A DNA stretch of 64,000 nucleotides from Octopus vulgaris (taxonomy: Eukaryota), in contig OX597832.1 in assembly GCA_951406725.2 (NCBI GenBank), positions 55,676,001 to 55,740,000 on the forward strand, in the 5' to 3' direction. The position numbers and the translations under genes are program-made. The notes beneath the pieces were generated by a model. It was not told the origin of the DNA, ran no database searches, and saw nothing but the letters and a program-made list of their open reading frames with translations. Positions within the stretch are counted from its first letter, which is position 1, and every line of letters begins with the position of its first letter. Shown here piece after piece: positions 12,435-24,941 of the stretch.

Positions 12435-12835
12435 GACTCAGAAATCTGGACGTTATCAAAGAAGCTTGTGAGGCGGTTGGATGGAACCTACACTCGCCTC
12501 CTTATGAGAGCTCAAAATCTTTCGTGGAAGCGTCATCCAACCAAAACGCAAATATATGGGAAACTACCACCTGTGTCATCTCTTGTGAAAGGTAGGAGAG
12601 TCCAGTTTGCTGGACATTGTTGTAGAGCTGAAAACGAGGCATTTTCTACTCTTCTCCTCTGAAAGCCATCTACTCGCGATACCAGAGGGCGCTCACTCTC
12701 CTACCCTGATGTAATCTCCAGGGATACAGGCATCCAGCAACAGGACCTCCGTAATGCTATGATGGACCGTGAAGTCTGGCGTAGCATAGTAAATTCCATT
12801 GACTCGACTACGGTCGAACAATTATGATGATGATG
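12435..12835 (+). mobile_element. RTE-clade LINE 3' fragment (ORF C-terminus, one in-frame stop)
   Basis: LDGTYTRLLMRAQNLSW...RRVQFAGHCCR...RGRSLSYPD...MMDREVWR followed by a (TGA)n tail, typical of RTE-like C-termini. Confidence 0.85.
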
Positions 12836-12939
12836 GTAATATAACATCCTACACATATACAACTACGTGGACTGGTGTTTATTATTAATATTACTAAAGA
12901 AGGTGAGGACTTCTGTAATGAAATTATTTTGAACCTTGG

Positions 12940-13921
12940 TATTGGGTTGTCCGGAAAGTTCGTGCCGATTTTTAAAGGAAAGAAAAAAGTCAACAAATAC
13001 TTGCCATTAGACTTTTAATCAACCAAATATGAATCATTTTGTTTCTCAATGCGTCTCCATCTTTCCTTTAACTTGAAAATACCCTCTTCCCAGAATTGAG
13101 GTGATTTTATGGCAAATGTATCTTTCTCTTTTCTACTTTAGGTACAAGGCCTGAAATTTTGGGGGAGAAGACCAGTCGATTAGATCGACCCCAGTACACA
13201 ACTGGTACTTAATTTATCGACCCTGAAAGGATGAAAGGCAAAGTCGACCTTTGCGGAATTTGAACTCAGAACGTAACGACAGACGAAATACCTATTTCTT
13301 TACTGCCCACAAGGGGCTATACACAGAGGGGACAAACAAGGACAGACAAACGGATTAAGTCGATTATATCGACCCCAGTGCGTAACTGGTACTTATTTAA
13401 TCGACCCCGAGAGGATGAAAGGCAAAGTCGACCTCGGCGGAATTTGAACTCAGAACGTAGCGGCAGACGAAATACCGCTTAGCATTTCGCCCGGCGTGCT
13501 AACGTTTCTGCTAGCTCGCCGCCTTTATCTTTTTACGTTATCCAATGAATTGAAATTTTTACCATTAAGACTATTCTGCAGAGACCTGAATAAGTGGAAA
13601 TCCGAAGGAGCAATATCTGGTGAATATGGAGGGTGGTGGTGGTGGTGGTGGGGTAACACATCCCAGCCGAGCTGCAGCAATTTTTGTCTGGTTCCCAAAG
13701 CATCAAGTGCCGAAAATGAACTTTCTTATCTTCCCTTTTAAATGGTTACAGAATTAACACAGGTTATAGGAACATGAACCTTCTTCCATGAAAAGATAGC
13801 TTAGACTGTGCTCTAAATGGAGGTGTAGTCAAATCCTATTTTATGGACTCAACCATGTTCTAAAATAAGTCGAAAGGTAAGCTACTATAAATCGGCACGA
13901 ACTTTCCGGACAACGCAACAT
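12940..13921 (-). mobile_element. Internally deleted mariner transposon interrupted by a SINE
   Basis: TIRs GTTGTCCGGAAAGTTCGTGCCGATTT at both ends; minus strand encodes GWDVLP(H6)PPYSPDIAPSDFHLFRSLQN and FWEEGIFKLKERW (mariner YSPDLAPxD region and C-terminus). Confidence 0.92.
13126..13525 (-). mobile_element. SINE family B nested in mariner
   Basis: Full head, two units and tail; TSD TATCTTT at 13119-13125 and 13526-13532. Confidence 0.92.
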
Positions 13922-14106
13922 ATCATCAGTCATGTCTCCACTCACTGATAACGCAATATCATCCTACACATTGACATCCGTCTTGACTTGTGCCCTCTAT
14001 GTTAAATTGCTAAAGAAAGCAAGTTCTTATGTAATGAAATTATATTGGAATTTGGTATATCTTCAGTTATATTTCTGTTCACTGATAACACAATGTCCTT
14101 TCAACT

Positions 14107-14240
14107 CAGCGTTTCTCAACCGGGGTTTCGCAAAAGGTCCCTAGGGGTTCCGTGAGAAAGTGTGAGATAAGCTGATGTTAATTTCATGATCGTAATATTT
14201 CTATACTAGACATGCATAACATATTATTGGTTACTGTAAT

Positions 14241-14289
<49 letters not shown>

Positions 14290-14374
14290 ACGTGAGCTAC
14301 GATGAAAAAATTATGAGAAAGATATAGTATATAATTTAAGGGTTACGCAAGGGTAAAAAGGTTGAGAAACACTG
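14107..14374. mobile_element. hAT (Charlie-like) MITE
   Basis: TIRs CAGCGTTTCTCAACC / GGTTGAGAAACACTG; 8-bp TSD is degenerate. Confidence 0.7.
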
Positions 14375-14702
14375 CCTCAGCCAAAATTTCTCTCCTGAAA
14401 ATTTGCTTAAAATATATCGTACTTGACTTAAATATTTTATTTCTAAGGAAACATAAAGACCTTCCTAATTCCCATTGACCCCGCCAAAGCCCTGTCTTGA
14501 CATTTGTTGCTCTTAGTGTTCCCTTGGCGTTCCTACCACCCATGTTAATAATTACTGACGTGCATTCGTATCCCAGTAACAAATCAGGAAGGAATGATAA
14601 GAAAGTAGGAAGTAAATTATCTCAGAAGCAAAGCAAAAAAGCAAAAAAAAGAAATTAAACCTTTGTCATAGATTTATCGCATCATCAATATACAACAACG
14701 AG

Positions 14703-15095
14703 AAGGCGGCGAGCTGGCAGAAACGTTAGCACGCCGGGCGAAATGCGTAGCCGTATTTCGCCTGCCGTTACGTTCTGAGTTCAAATTCCGCCGAGGTCGA
14801 CTTTACCCTTCATCCTTTCGGGGTCGATAAATTAAATACCAGTTACGCACTGGGGTCGATGTAATCGACTTAATCCGTTTGTCTGTCCTTGTTTTTCCCC
14901 TCTGTGTTTAGCCCCTTGTGAGTAGTAAAGAAATAGGTATTTCATCTGTCTTTACGTTCTGAGTTCAAATTCCACCGAGATCGACTTTGACTTCCATCAT
15001 TTCCCAGCGGCATTTGAACGCAGAACGTAAAGACGAACAAAATGCCTCTAGGAATTTCGCGCGGTGTGCTAACGACTCTGCCAGCTCGCTGCCTT
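14703..15095. mobile_element. Two SINE family B copies joined tail-to-tail
   Basis: Plus copy 14703-15000, minus head fragment 15005-15095. Confidence 0.85.
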
Positions 15096-15564
15096 CGGCT
15101 AATCTCTGATATTAGAAGCTAAACCCGTAAGATCTTATTAAGATTAACCAAGATTATTTTCGTATGTCAAAGTAAGAAAAATAACAACTCAAAATAAAAC
15201 AAAAAAGATAAACAGCAACGTAATTTTATTCCTAATATCACCTCTAGTTGACAACAGATTGGGTCTGGAGCATATTTTGAACCACTGACAGAGTTTCCGG
15301 TATTACAAACCGGATGTTCTTTGTTTTATATTAATGGCGAATGATGCTTTATAATCGGAGAATCTACTTATGTTGACGCTGGTTTCATTGATAAACTACA
15401 GCTTCGTGTTGGAATTATATCCGTTTGATAATTCACAGTTGAAATTTCCGTTTCTTACGAAAATAAAACCGAAATCGAAACAAATATGTGCGTGCGCACG
15501 GGTGTGTATTTGTATGTATGTCTGGATAGATGGATTTGTGTAGGTTTCTGTGGGTGTATGGTCA

Positions 15565-15818
15565 GAGGTTCGATTTCCGGACGGAGACGCGCGTTGTTGT
15601 TCTTGAGCAAAATATTTCATTTCATGTTGCTCCAGTCCACTCGGCTGTAAACGGGTGAACCCTGCCACGGACTAGTCTTCCGACCAGGAGGAATGTCAGC
15701 TTGCCCGTCTAGCCAGCGGGGTAGCGTCATTCGAAAGCTAACACGATGCAAAATGCATTGGACCAGTGATGTATATAACAACATTCGATAGTTTGATCGA
15801 TCACGTGATCACATGATA
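15565..15818 (+). mobile_element. SINE, central domain + tail F
   Basis: Central domain shared with family E; tail matches 44230-44343 in reverse. Confidence 0.7.
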
Positions 15819-15994
15819 TAATTCGTTTGTTGCAATTCCGGACAGAAGCTTCATCGTTTTTCTTTTCCTTTTTTTTTAATTCTCTCTCGTTGATTTAAGG
15901 CGTTATTTGAACTCAAAATGCCCCAAACCAGAAAAGATATTGCAAGGCGCTCTACCAGTTCCGCTACTCTATCGGCCTCTTTTTTTTTCACCGA

Positions 15995-16294
15995 CCGTAA
16001 ATGGCACCCGTGCCGGTGGCCCGTAAAAAGCCCTTTTTGAGCGTTGGCTTCACGGAGGCAATGACAAATGACTGATACCTTTACTCTTTTACTCTTTTAC
16101 TTGTTTCAGTCATTTGACTGCGGCCATGCTAGAGCACCGCCTTTAGTCGAGCAAATCGACCCCGGGACTTATTCTTTGTAAGCCCAGTACTTACTTATTC
16201 TTTGTAAGCCCAAGTACTCGGTCTCTTTTGCCGAACCGCTAAGTGACGGGGACGTAAACACACCAGCATCGGTTGTCAAGCAATGCTAGGGGGA

Positions 16295-16364
<70 letters not shown>

Positions 16365-16955
16365 CATATATATGACAGGTTTCTTTCAGTTTCTGCCTAC
16401 CAAATCCACTCACAAGGCATTGGTCGGCTCGGGGCTATAGCAGAAGACACTTGCCCAAGATGCCACGCAGTGGGACTGAACCTGAACCATGTGGTTGGTA
16501 AGCAAGCTACTTACCACACAGCCACTCCTGCGCCTGTGCTTGAGAAGAAGACCCATCAAGCCAAGTGAAATGGTAGTCGTGGCAGATACTGGTTTCACGC
16601 AACTGGCAGCCGTGTCGCTGGTACGTAAAAAACACCTTTCAAGCGTTGGGGCTCCGGGAAACAATGACAAATGACCGAGACCATAAGCAATACACCGTGC
16701 TTCAGAAGACCCATGAGGCCAAGTGAAATGGTAGTCGTGGAAGATACTGGTGTCACGCAGCTGGCACCCGTGCCGATGGCACGTAAAGGTACTCATTACA
16801 CTCTCAGAGTGGTTGGTGTTAGGAAGGGCATCCAGCCGTAGGGACCATGCCGAATCAGACTGGAGCCTGGTGCAACCCCTCAGCATACGAGCCCTGGTCA
16901 AACCGTCCAACCCATGTCAGCTTGGACAACGGACGTTAAATGATGATGATGATGA
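15995..16955 (+). mobile_element. Family D retroelement 3' region with ~160-bp tandem units and (TGA)n tail
   Basis: Unit GCCAAGTGAAATGGTAGTCGTGG...TGGCACCCGTGCC repeated; 3' end homologous to 2455-2660. Confidence 0.75.
16080..16534 (-). mobile_element. SINE family A nested in a family D element
   Basis: Complete copy with small internal duplication at 16168-16217. Confidence 0.92.
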
Positions 16956-17565
16956 TTTTTATAATTAATTATCGTCATCATTGTCATCATCACCATCATT
17001 GATACTATTGCTATAGCTGACCTGAAGGTATAAAAGGCAAAGTTGACCTTGGTTGCTTACGAACCCAGACGCAGAAATAGGGAACAAAAACTGCAAACAC
17101 TTTAACGATTACATCAATTTGCCATTTGAATAATCGTTTCTGATTTAGAGACAGGGCCAGCAAATTTGAAGAAGGGGTTTATTTGGTATCATTGACCTCA
17201 GTACATGACTGGTATTTCATTTTGTTGATCCCGAAATAATAAAAGGCAAAATTCACCTCGGTGAGATTTGAACCCTGAATGCACAGAGCTGGAAGAAACA
17301 CCTTCCGGTATTTGATCCGGCTCACTTACAAATCTCTCAGCTCTCCGCCACCCATTTTTTTTAGTGATATAAACACAAGGCGTGAAATATGAGGAATGGA
17401 GTTTAATTGATTGTATCACACCCCTCCGCCCCCAATACTTCATTGGTACTTCATTTTATCAACCCTCGAGGAGATGAAAGCTAAAGGTGACTATGGTAGG
17501 ACTTGAACGCCGAACGTTCAAGTCCTGCCACAATGCCGCACTTTATCCACTGCATTAACGATTCT

Positions 17566-17772
17566 TATTTCTTCATTGCCCACAAGGGGCTAAACATAGA
17601 GAGGACAAACAAACGGATTAAGTCGATTACATCGACCCCAGTGCGTAACTGGTAATTAGTTTATCGACCCCGAAAGGATGAAAGGTAAAGTCGACCTCGG
17701 CAGAATTTGAACTCAGAACGAAATGCAGCTAAGCATTTTGCCCGGCCTGCTAACGTTTCTGCCAGCTCGCCA
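17566..17772 (-). mobile_element. SINE family B inserted in an older B copy
   Basis: 18-bp TSD CACTGCATTAACGATTCT at 17548-17565 and 17773-17790. Confidence 0.9.
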
Positions 17773-17946
17773 CACTGCATTAACGATTCTGACGCCAAAC
17801 ATCTGCCCATGTGTCCCTGTGCCTCTCTGCACCTTTGCCTCTTTGGCCCTGTGCCTTTCTGCCCTTGTGCTTCTCTTCCCCTGTACCTGTCTGCCTCTCT
17901 GCCCATCACCTTTTGAATAATAGAATCATAAAACAGTGTAAGGGGT

Positions 17947-18366
17947 AAGGCGGTGAGCTGGCCGAAACGTTAGCACGCCGGGTGAAATGCTAAGCGGTAT
18001 TTCGTCTGCCGCTACGTTCTGAGTTCAAATTCCGCCGAGGTCGACTTTGCCTTTCATTCTTTCGGGGTCGATTAAATAAGTACCAGTTACGCACTGGGGT
18101 CGATTTAATCCGTCTGTCTGTCCTTGTTTGTCCTCTCTGTGTTTAGCCCCTTGTGGGTAGTAAAGAAATAGAAATAGGTATTTCGTCTGCCGCTACGTTC
18201 TGAGTTCAAATTCCGCCGAGATCGACTTTGCTTTTCATCCTTTCGGGGTCGATTAAATAAGTACCAGTTACATATTTATTGGGGTGGATGTAATCGACTT
18301 TATCCCTTTGTCTGTTCTTGTCTGCCCCCTCTATGTTTAGCCCCTTGTGGGCAATAAAGAAATAAG
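17947..18366 (+). mobile_element. SINE family B, dimeric body
   Basis: Head plus two tandem units. Confidence 0.92.
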
Positions 18367-18576
18367 AAGCATAAAAACAGTGAGAGATCATTGTTGATCA
18401 GAGAAATGTTGGAACTAGAGATATCAATGTCTGTAGACATCTCAATTGATTTTCAATTTGTTCCAGTTTTGCTTACTTCAAGGATATTAACAATCACTGA
18501 TCAATAAGAAATAGATCAATTAAAAGTTAACTTTTCCCATTGAAGCAGTTCAACTGTCTTACTGATAGGAATATGA

Positions 18577-18709
18577 ACTTCCGGTCTGAGTTCAGCTAGT
18601 TTATCATCCAAGATGGCGTTATTTGATTACATAGTTTTAGATGTATATGATTTACAAGAAATAGTTAACTAAAGGCGTTCTGATTAGAAAACCACACGAG
18701 TCAGTAAGT
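18577..18709 (+). promoter_or_regulatory. Possible housekeeping-type promoter and first exon
   Basis: ETS motif ACTTCCGGT (18577), YY1 motif CAAGATGGCG (18609) and donor CA|GTAAGT (18704), in a 1.2-kb repeat-free stretch. Confidence 0.4.
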
Positions 18710-19579
18710 TTTGTAGGTTAAGATTAGTAAAAAAGAATGCGTGGGTGACAACTGGGGATTGTAAAATCGTTTATCTAAGCATAAAATCTAAATGGTACCA
18801 GGAATTAAAAACAAAGCGAAATAAAACTCCCCCATATGTTATGAATTTCATTTGATGAAGAATTAAGAGAAAATGTCTTTCTTTAGTGGACATTAATATA
18901 GGAGCAAACAGGAAGTAAGTCTCGTCGAAATGAAATCGAGGCTGGGTGTAAATGAATAAGTTGTGAGATATTATACAGATGGTTGATACAGTTGAATTAT
19001 CAAGAAACTATATCGAGCTGGAATATCGATCAACTCACTTTGATGTGCCGTAATAGCGACAGAGTATATTGTACGAGACGGACTGAATTAGCGACAATAT
19101 ATGTGGTTAAAAGATAATATATTGCAGAATAATTTTGCAATGAAAAAGCGTGGGCTTATCTTCTTTAGAAATAAATGTAATGAAAACTGAAAATAGCTGA
19201 GGTCAGTTGAGTTGAATTGGATAATATTCTAACATAAGACGAAGCTGGTTTTGACGTCAATTACGACACTTTTAAATGCGTGATGTTATAACATTAAAAC
19301 GCCATTTACGGTCTCACAAAGAGGAAGTTTCTTTCTGCATGACATATATTTAATATTTATTTTATGCGTGGATATTTGTTAAATTGAGAAAGATACTCAA
19401 TACAGTTACTAAAGCCATTCATTTATTAAAACTTGAAAGTGAATACGAGATTTTTCAATGAAGAAAAGCATTGTTAGTATAAAAATTTGAAGACGCAGTA
19501 AAGAGCTTTATCGGTTAACGATATATGGCGATACAACGAAGAGCATTGTTGAGGTGCATTATAAGTTCATGTTATATAT

Positions 19580-19784
19580 CTTTTATCTTTTGTTTTCATG
19601 AATTGGACTGCGGTCATGCTGGAGCAATGACTTAAAGTGTTTAGTCGAACAAACTGCTCCAGTACTTATTTGTTTGTTTTATAAAGTCTTGTGCTTTACG
19701 AGACTTAATCAAACCGACACCGGTTGTCAAGCAGTGGCTGTGGGACCAAAACACAGAGATAAAAAAAAACGTGCACACACACAC

Positions 19785-19815
<31 letters not shown>

Positions 19816-20252
19816 GACATGTATGTATGCATGTATGAATGTATGTATGTACGTATGTGTGCGTGTGCATACGCGCGTATGAAGGCGCGTGGCCTAGTGG
19901 TTAGGGTGTTGCACTCACGATTGCTAGATCGTGGGTTCCATTCCCGAACCGGGAGGAGAGTTGTATTCTGGAGCAAAACATTTCATTTCACGTCTCCCTG
20001 CGGATGGAAGAATGACGGAATCGTTGGTGCATCGTCAGAAATGCTTTACGGTATATCTTCCAGCTCTCTGCATTCTGACTTCAAATCCAACCAGTCTGGA
20101 AAAGGCAACAGGAAACCATCCAAAGTCTAGTCTTCGTTGCCGAAGTTCCCATGATCTACTTAATGACGGCAGGAGATGCTTTACATGCATTGGACCTGCC
20201 GAATGTCAGACCACTGCTGCAATATATATACATACATACGTACATACACACA

Positions 20253-20313
<61 letters not shown>

Positions 20314-20654
20314 ACACACACACATATATATATATATACATACATATATATATATATACAATTCACAAGAAGAATGACCACAAAAGTGGATTCCTATACG
20401 CTAGAGATAGACGTCAAATCGCCTTACCACAAAGAGTGTGTTCTCAAGAAAAAAATATAACCGACGGTCTTCTTTTAGTTTCCGTCTAACAAATCTACTT
20501 ACAAGGCTTTGGTCGGCCCGAGGCTATAGTAGAAGACACTTGGCCAAGGTGCCACGCTGTGCGACTGAACCCGGAAGCACGTAGTTGGGAAGCAAGGTTC
20601 TTACTACAAAGCCTCATTTGCTCCTATATATAAATATATATATATGTGTGTGTA

Positions 20655-20694
<40 letters not shown>

Positions 20695-20907
20695 CGCGTG
20701 TGCGTTGGTGTGTGTGCTTTTGTGTTTGTCCCCCCGCTACCGGTTGACAACCGGCGTCGGCGTGTTTGCGTCTCCATTAATTAGTGGTTCGGCAAAGCGA
20801 CCGATATAATAAATACCAGGCTTAAGAGATAAGTCCTGGAGCGGATTCATAGGAATAACAATTCAAGACGGTGCCCCAGCAGGGCTGCAGTCTCATGACT
20901 GAAACAA

Positions 20908-20908
<1 letters not shown>
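19580..20908. mobile_element. Nest of fragmented SINEs (A halves, head2 SINE, old B) and microsatellites
   Basis: Segments match families A, B and E found elsewhere in the window. Confidence 0.75.
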
Positions 20909-20981
<73 letters not shown>

Positions 20982-21101
20982 ACATAAGAGATGGCCATAA
21001 TGGGACATCTGACCCGCTAGAAGGAGTGTTAAACTCCAAACCACTATTAGGGATAATTTCGAAAGCGAAAGGGAATGAAAAATAAAAACATTTACCATCT
21101 A

Positions 21102-21176
21102 TTTCCTGTACCATGGCTTCAAGCTATCTTCAGCAAATAAAATAATTTGCTAGGCGCAGCTCTCATCAGCAGGAAA
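21102..21176 (-). ncRNA. Minimal type-I hammerhead motif with long helix II (A15.1 changed to G) in a 230-bp insert between (TA)n tracts
   Basis: Minus: UUUCCUG-CUGAUGA-GAGCU...AGCUU-GAAG-CCAUGG-UA-CAGGAAA; perfect 7-bp helix I. Confidence 0.75.
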
Positions 21177-21759
21177 CGTGTTTACATGTTATAATTTTTC
21201 AAAATCCATATATATATATATATATCCGATGGGTTTCTTTCAGTTTCTTTCTACGAAATCCACTCACAAGGCATTAGTTGGCTCGAGGCTATAACTCAAG
21301 ACACTTGCCTAAGGTACCAAGCAGTGGGACTCATCTCCCGAAACCATGTGGTTAGAAGACAATCTTCATACCATACAACCATGTCTGCGCCTCTCAATTC
21401 TACAATATATGGTGATGTAATGATAGTGTTTCTTTTTTCAATAATTTCAAAACAAATAGATTCAAAAGTATCGATTGCGATTCGATACCAGATCAATGAA
21501 ATCGAAATTTATTCCAGCGAGATTTTAACTTTGAATATTGAGTTTTTAAAACGTTTATAGAGGTTATAAAACGAAATGTTGCAAGGTACATTTCTATCGG
21601 AAGACAATAAAGGTGTAGGCGAAGTGAAACGACTTCCACTAGAACCGGGCCAATTATGTATTTTCAGCAAAAATAGATTAATAAAGACATAAATTTAAAA
21701 AAACAAATGAATGGAATGTTCTCAGAGTGAGATCTATAATTGCTGTCAGTTCGCCATTC

Positions 21760-21810
<51 letters not shown>

Positions 21811-21844
21811 AATAATAATAATAATAATAATAATTTATTCCTTT

Positions 21845-22166
21845 AAGGCGGCGAGCTGGCAGAAACGTTTGCACGCCGGGCGAAATGCTTTGCAGTATTT
21901 CGTCTGCCGCTACATTCTGAGTTCAAATTCCGCCGAGGTCGACTTTGCCTTTCATCCTTTCGGGGTCGATTAAATAAGTACCATTTACGCACTGGGGTCG
22001 ATATAATCGACCTAATCCGTTTGTCTGTCCTTGTTTGCCCTTGTGGGTAGTAAAGAAATAGGTATTTCGCCTGTCTTTACGTTCTGAGTTCAAGTTCCGC
22101 CGCAGTCGACTTTGCCTTTCATCCTTTCGGGGTCGATAAATTAAGTACCAGTTGCCTACTGGGGAT
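21845..22166 (+). mobile_element. SINE family B
   Basis: Head plus about 1.5 units after (CAA)n(TAA)n. Confidence 0.9.
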
Positions 22167-22171
22167 CTTTA

Positions 22172-22425
22172 CCCTTTGCAGGTGTATACACAAAATTTGT
22201 TCTTTCACACTGACTCTTTTTCCAATTCACCCACCTTTCAACAAACTTGCTACAAGGCAACACTCCCCTCTCCACCCTCAACTTCCTTTTCAAGTGAAAC
22301 TTGAAAAAGTTGATGAGGGCTTGGCCAAAGAGGAACGTGTCTGTTTTTGGCCCTTTCAAACGGATCCACCATACTACTTCTTTCGCTACAGCCACTCGAC
22401 AAATAAAAATTGCCTGCCCCTCCCG
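22172..22425 (-). mobile_element. L1/Tx1-like LINE ORF2 C-terminal fragment
   Basis: VAKEVVWWIR...FFKFHLKRKLRVER...KFVERW resembles the AKxxIWxxR...ER...FxxxW tail of Tx1/L1 ORF2. Confidence 0.6.
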
Positions 22426-22810
22426 GCACAAAGCTTGAAATTTTGGGGGAAGGGAACTAGTCGATTATATCGACCCTAGTACTCAACTGGTATTTAATTT
22501 ATCGACCCCGAAAGGATGAAAGGCAAAGTCGAACTCGGCGGAATTTGAACTTTGAACGTAGTGACAGGCGAAATACCTATTTCTTTACTACCCACAAGGG
22601 GCTAAGCACAGAGAGGACAAACAAGGACAGACAAACGGATTAAGTCGATTATATCGACCCCAGTGCATAACTGGTACTTAATTTATCGACCCCGAAAGGA
22701 TTAAAGGTAAAGTGGACCTCGGCAGAATTTGAACTCTGAACGTAACGACAGACGAAATACGGCTACGCATTTCGCCCGGCGTGCTAACGTTTCTGCCAGC
22801 TCGCCGCCTT
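22426..22810 (-). mobile_element. SINE family B
   Basis: Head, two units and tail. Confidence 0.92.
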
Positions 22811-22854
22811 AATGATAGTAATATCAATAATTGTTTCCACTATTGGCACAAGGT

Positions 22855-23175
22855 GAAGGCGCGTGGCTTGGGAGTTCGGGCATTCGGCTCACGATCGAAA
22901 GGTCGTGAGTTCAATTCCCGGCGATGCGTTGTGTCCTAGTGCAAGGCATTTTATTTCACGTTGCTCTTGTCCACTCAGCTGGCAAAAATAAGTTGTACCT
23001 ATATATTTCAAAGGACCAGCCTTCTCACATTCTGTGTCACGCTGAAATTCCCTGAGAATTTCGTTAAGAGCAAGCGTATCTGTGGAATACTCAGCCACTT
23101 GCGTTTTAATTTCACGAGTAGGTTGTACCGTTGAGCAGATTACTGGAATCATCGTCGTCGTGACCGACGAAGTAC
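22855..23175 (+). mobile_element. SINE head2 + central domain + tail X
   Basis: tRNA-like head GGCGCGTGGCTT...GAGTTCAATTCC; flanked by TATTGGCACAAGG duplication at about 22841 and 23180. Confidence 0.88.
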
Positions 23176-23524
23176 CAGTTATTGGCACAAGGCCTGAAAT
23201 TTTGGGAGACAGGGAGAGTCGATTATATTACCCCAGAGCTCAACTGGTACCTATTTTATCAGCCCGAAAGGATGAAGAGCAAAGTCGACCTTGGCGGCGG
23301 AATTTGAACTTGCAGCTAAGCACTCTGTCCATCGTGCTAACGATTCCTTCTATTGGACGCACAGGGCCTTAAATTTGGGGTTAGGGATTAAGTCGATTAC
23401 AGCGACACCAGTGCGTAAATTGGTACTTATTTCATCGACCCTGAAAGAATGAAACGCAAAGTCGACTTCGGCAGAATTTGAACTCGGAACGCAGCGGCAG
23501 ACGAAATATCGCTAAGCATAATGG

Positions 23525-23828
23525 CGACGATGATGTGGGTTCTAGTTGATCCGGTCAACGGAACAGCCTGCTCGTGAATTTTTAACGTGCAAGTGGCTGA
23601 GCACTCCGCAGACCCTTAACGTAGTTCTCAGGGAGATTCAGCGTGATACAGAGTATGTCATAAAGCTGACCCTTTCAAATAAAAGTGCTATTCACTTTTG
23701 TCTGCTGAGTGAGCCGGAGCAACACGAAATAAAGTGTCTTGCTCAAGGACACAACCCGTCACCGAGAATGAAACCACGACCTTACAATTATTAGACGAAT
23801 ACCCAAACCATTAAGCCATGCTTCTTCG
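23525..23828 (-). mobile_element. SINE head2 + tail X (diverged)
   Basis: Reverse homology to 22855-23175. Confidence 0.8.
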
Positions 23829-24377
23829 CCCTCGTGATAATAGGTGTGAAGACAACATCAATCAACAGATAGAGATCTTCATACCTGAGAGTTGAGCCGC
23901 TCTATTAACAAATGTATTCACAAACACTTCACAACCGTTCAACTAAGACATTACATTACAATAAAAGAAATAGGTCAGCTATATAGAATTAATTAACTAG
24001 AGAGCATTTTCGTTCTATTCAACGATTATATAAGCAAAAACAATAGCGCTGCTTCTTCTCTCTATTAACCGTTTTTCTCTGCATTCAAACATTAAAACTC
24101 ACTTTCGACAATACACACTTGTTTTCTGTTTTTTAAGCCTTACACTTGAAAAGCGTTGACGTCTGTTACCAGAGCTATCTTACGAGCGTTATAGTTCCCT
24201 CCCCCGGGGCAAATCGATGCACTAGATTCTATTGTAGCTATTTAATGATTGTGGATAACAGCATAGGAATCTTTACCTTTTGACCGACAGATTTAAAATA
24301 TAATTTTATGTAATTAAACACTTTCAAACTTCGGACACTGGTAGAATGTATCATATAAAACATCTTTCACTCTTAGC

Positions 24378-24877
24378 ATTTTTGAGAAAAGCTTATATTT
24401 AGGAAGTTATTTCACGTTAAATTTGTCGTATTTCGGTAAATTCAACCAATCAGTGACGTGTATTCAGCTGAATAAAATTACTGCCGTTGTTTGTCAACAA
24501 CAACTATCGGCGGTGTATTTTTCGTTTGTCACTGTTATTTATGGCATCGTTCGTGCGTTTGTACTGGTTTTAGCTTTTGGGTTTTAGGGTTAGGGTTAGG
24601 GTTTTAGTTTTAGGATTAGGGTGTTAGGATTAGGATTTTAGGGTTAGGGTTAAGGTTTTAGGGTTAGGGTTAAGGTTTTACGGTTGGGGTTAGGGTTTGA
24701 GGGTTAGGGTTGTCAAATAACAGTGATAAACGAAATATACACTGCCGGAAGTTCTTGTTGACATTCAACAGCAGTAATTTTATTCAGCTGAATACACGTC
24801 ATTGATTGGTTGAAATTACCGAAATACTACAACTTTAACGTGAAATAACTCCCTAAATATAAGCTTTTCTCAAAAAT
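24378..24877. mobile_element. Foldback/MITE-like element with ~165-bp inverted arms enclosing degenerate (TTAGGG)n
   Basis: 24378-24546 is an imperfect reverse complement of 24711-24877; centre 24560-24710 is TTAGGG and variants. Confidence 0.85.
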
Positions 24878-24941
24878 AGATAGATGAGAACTGAACCCTA
24901 AGACAAGACAGACTCCTGGCAAAATCAATGCAATGAGTTGT

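Noticed and set aside
24560-24710. True telomere or chromosome fusion site
   Set aside because: Short, degenerate, single orientation and enclosed by inverted arms of a repeat element.
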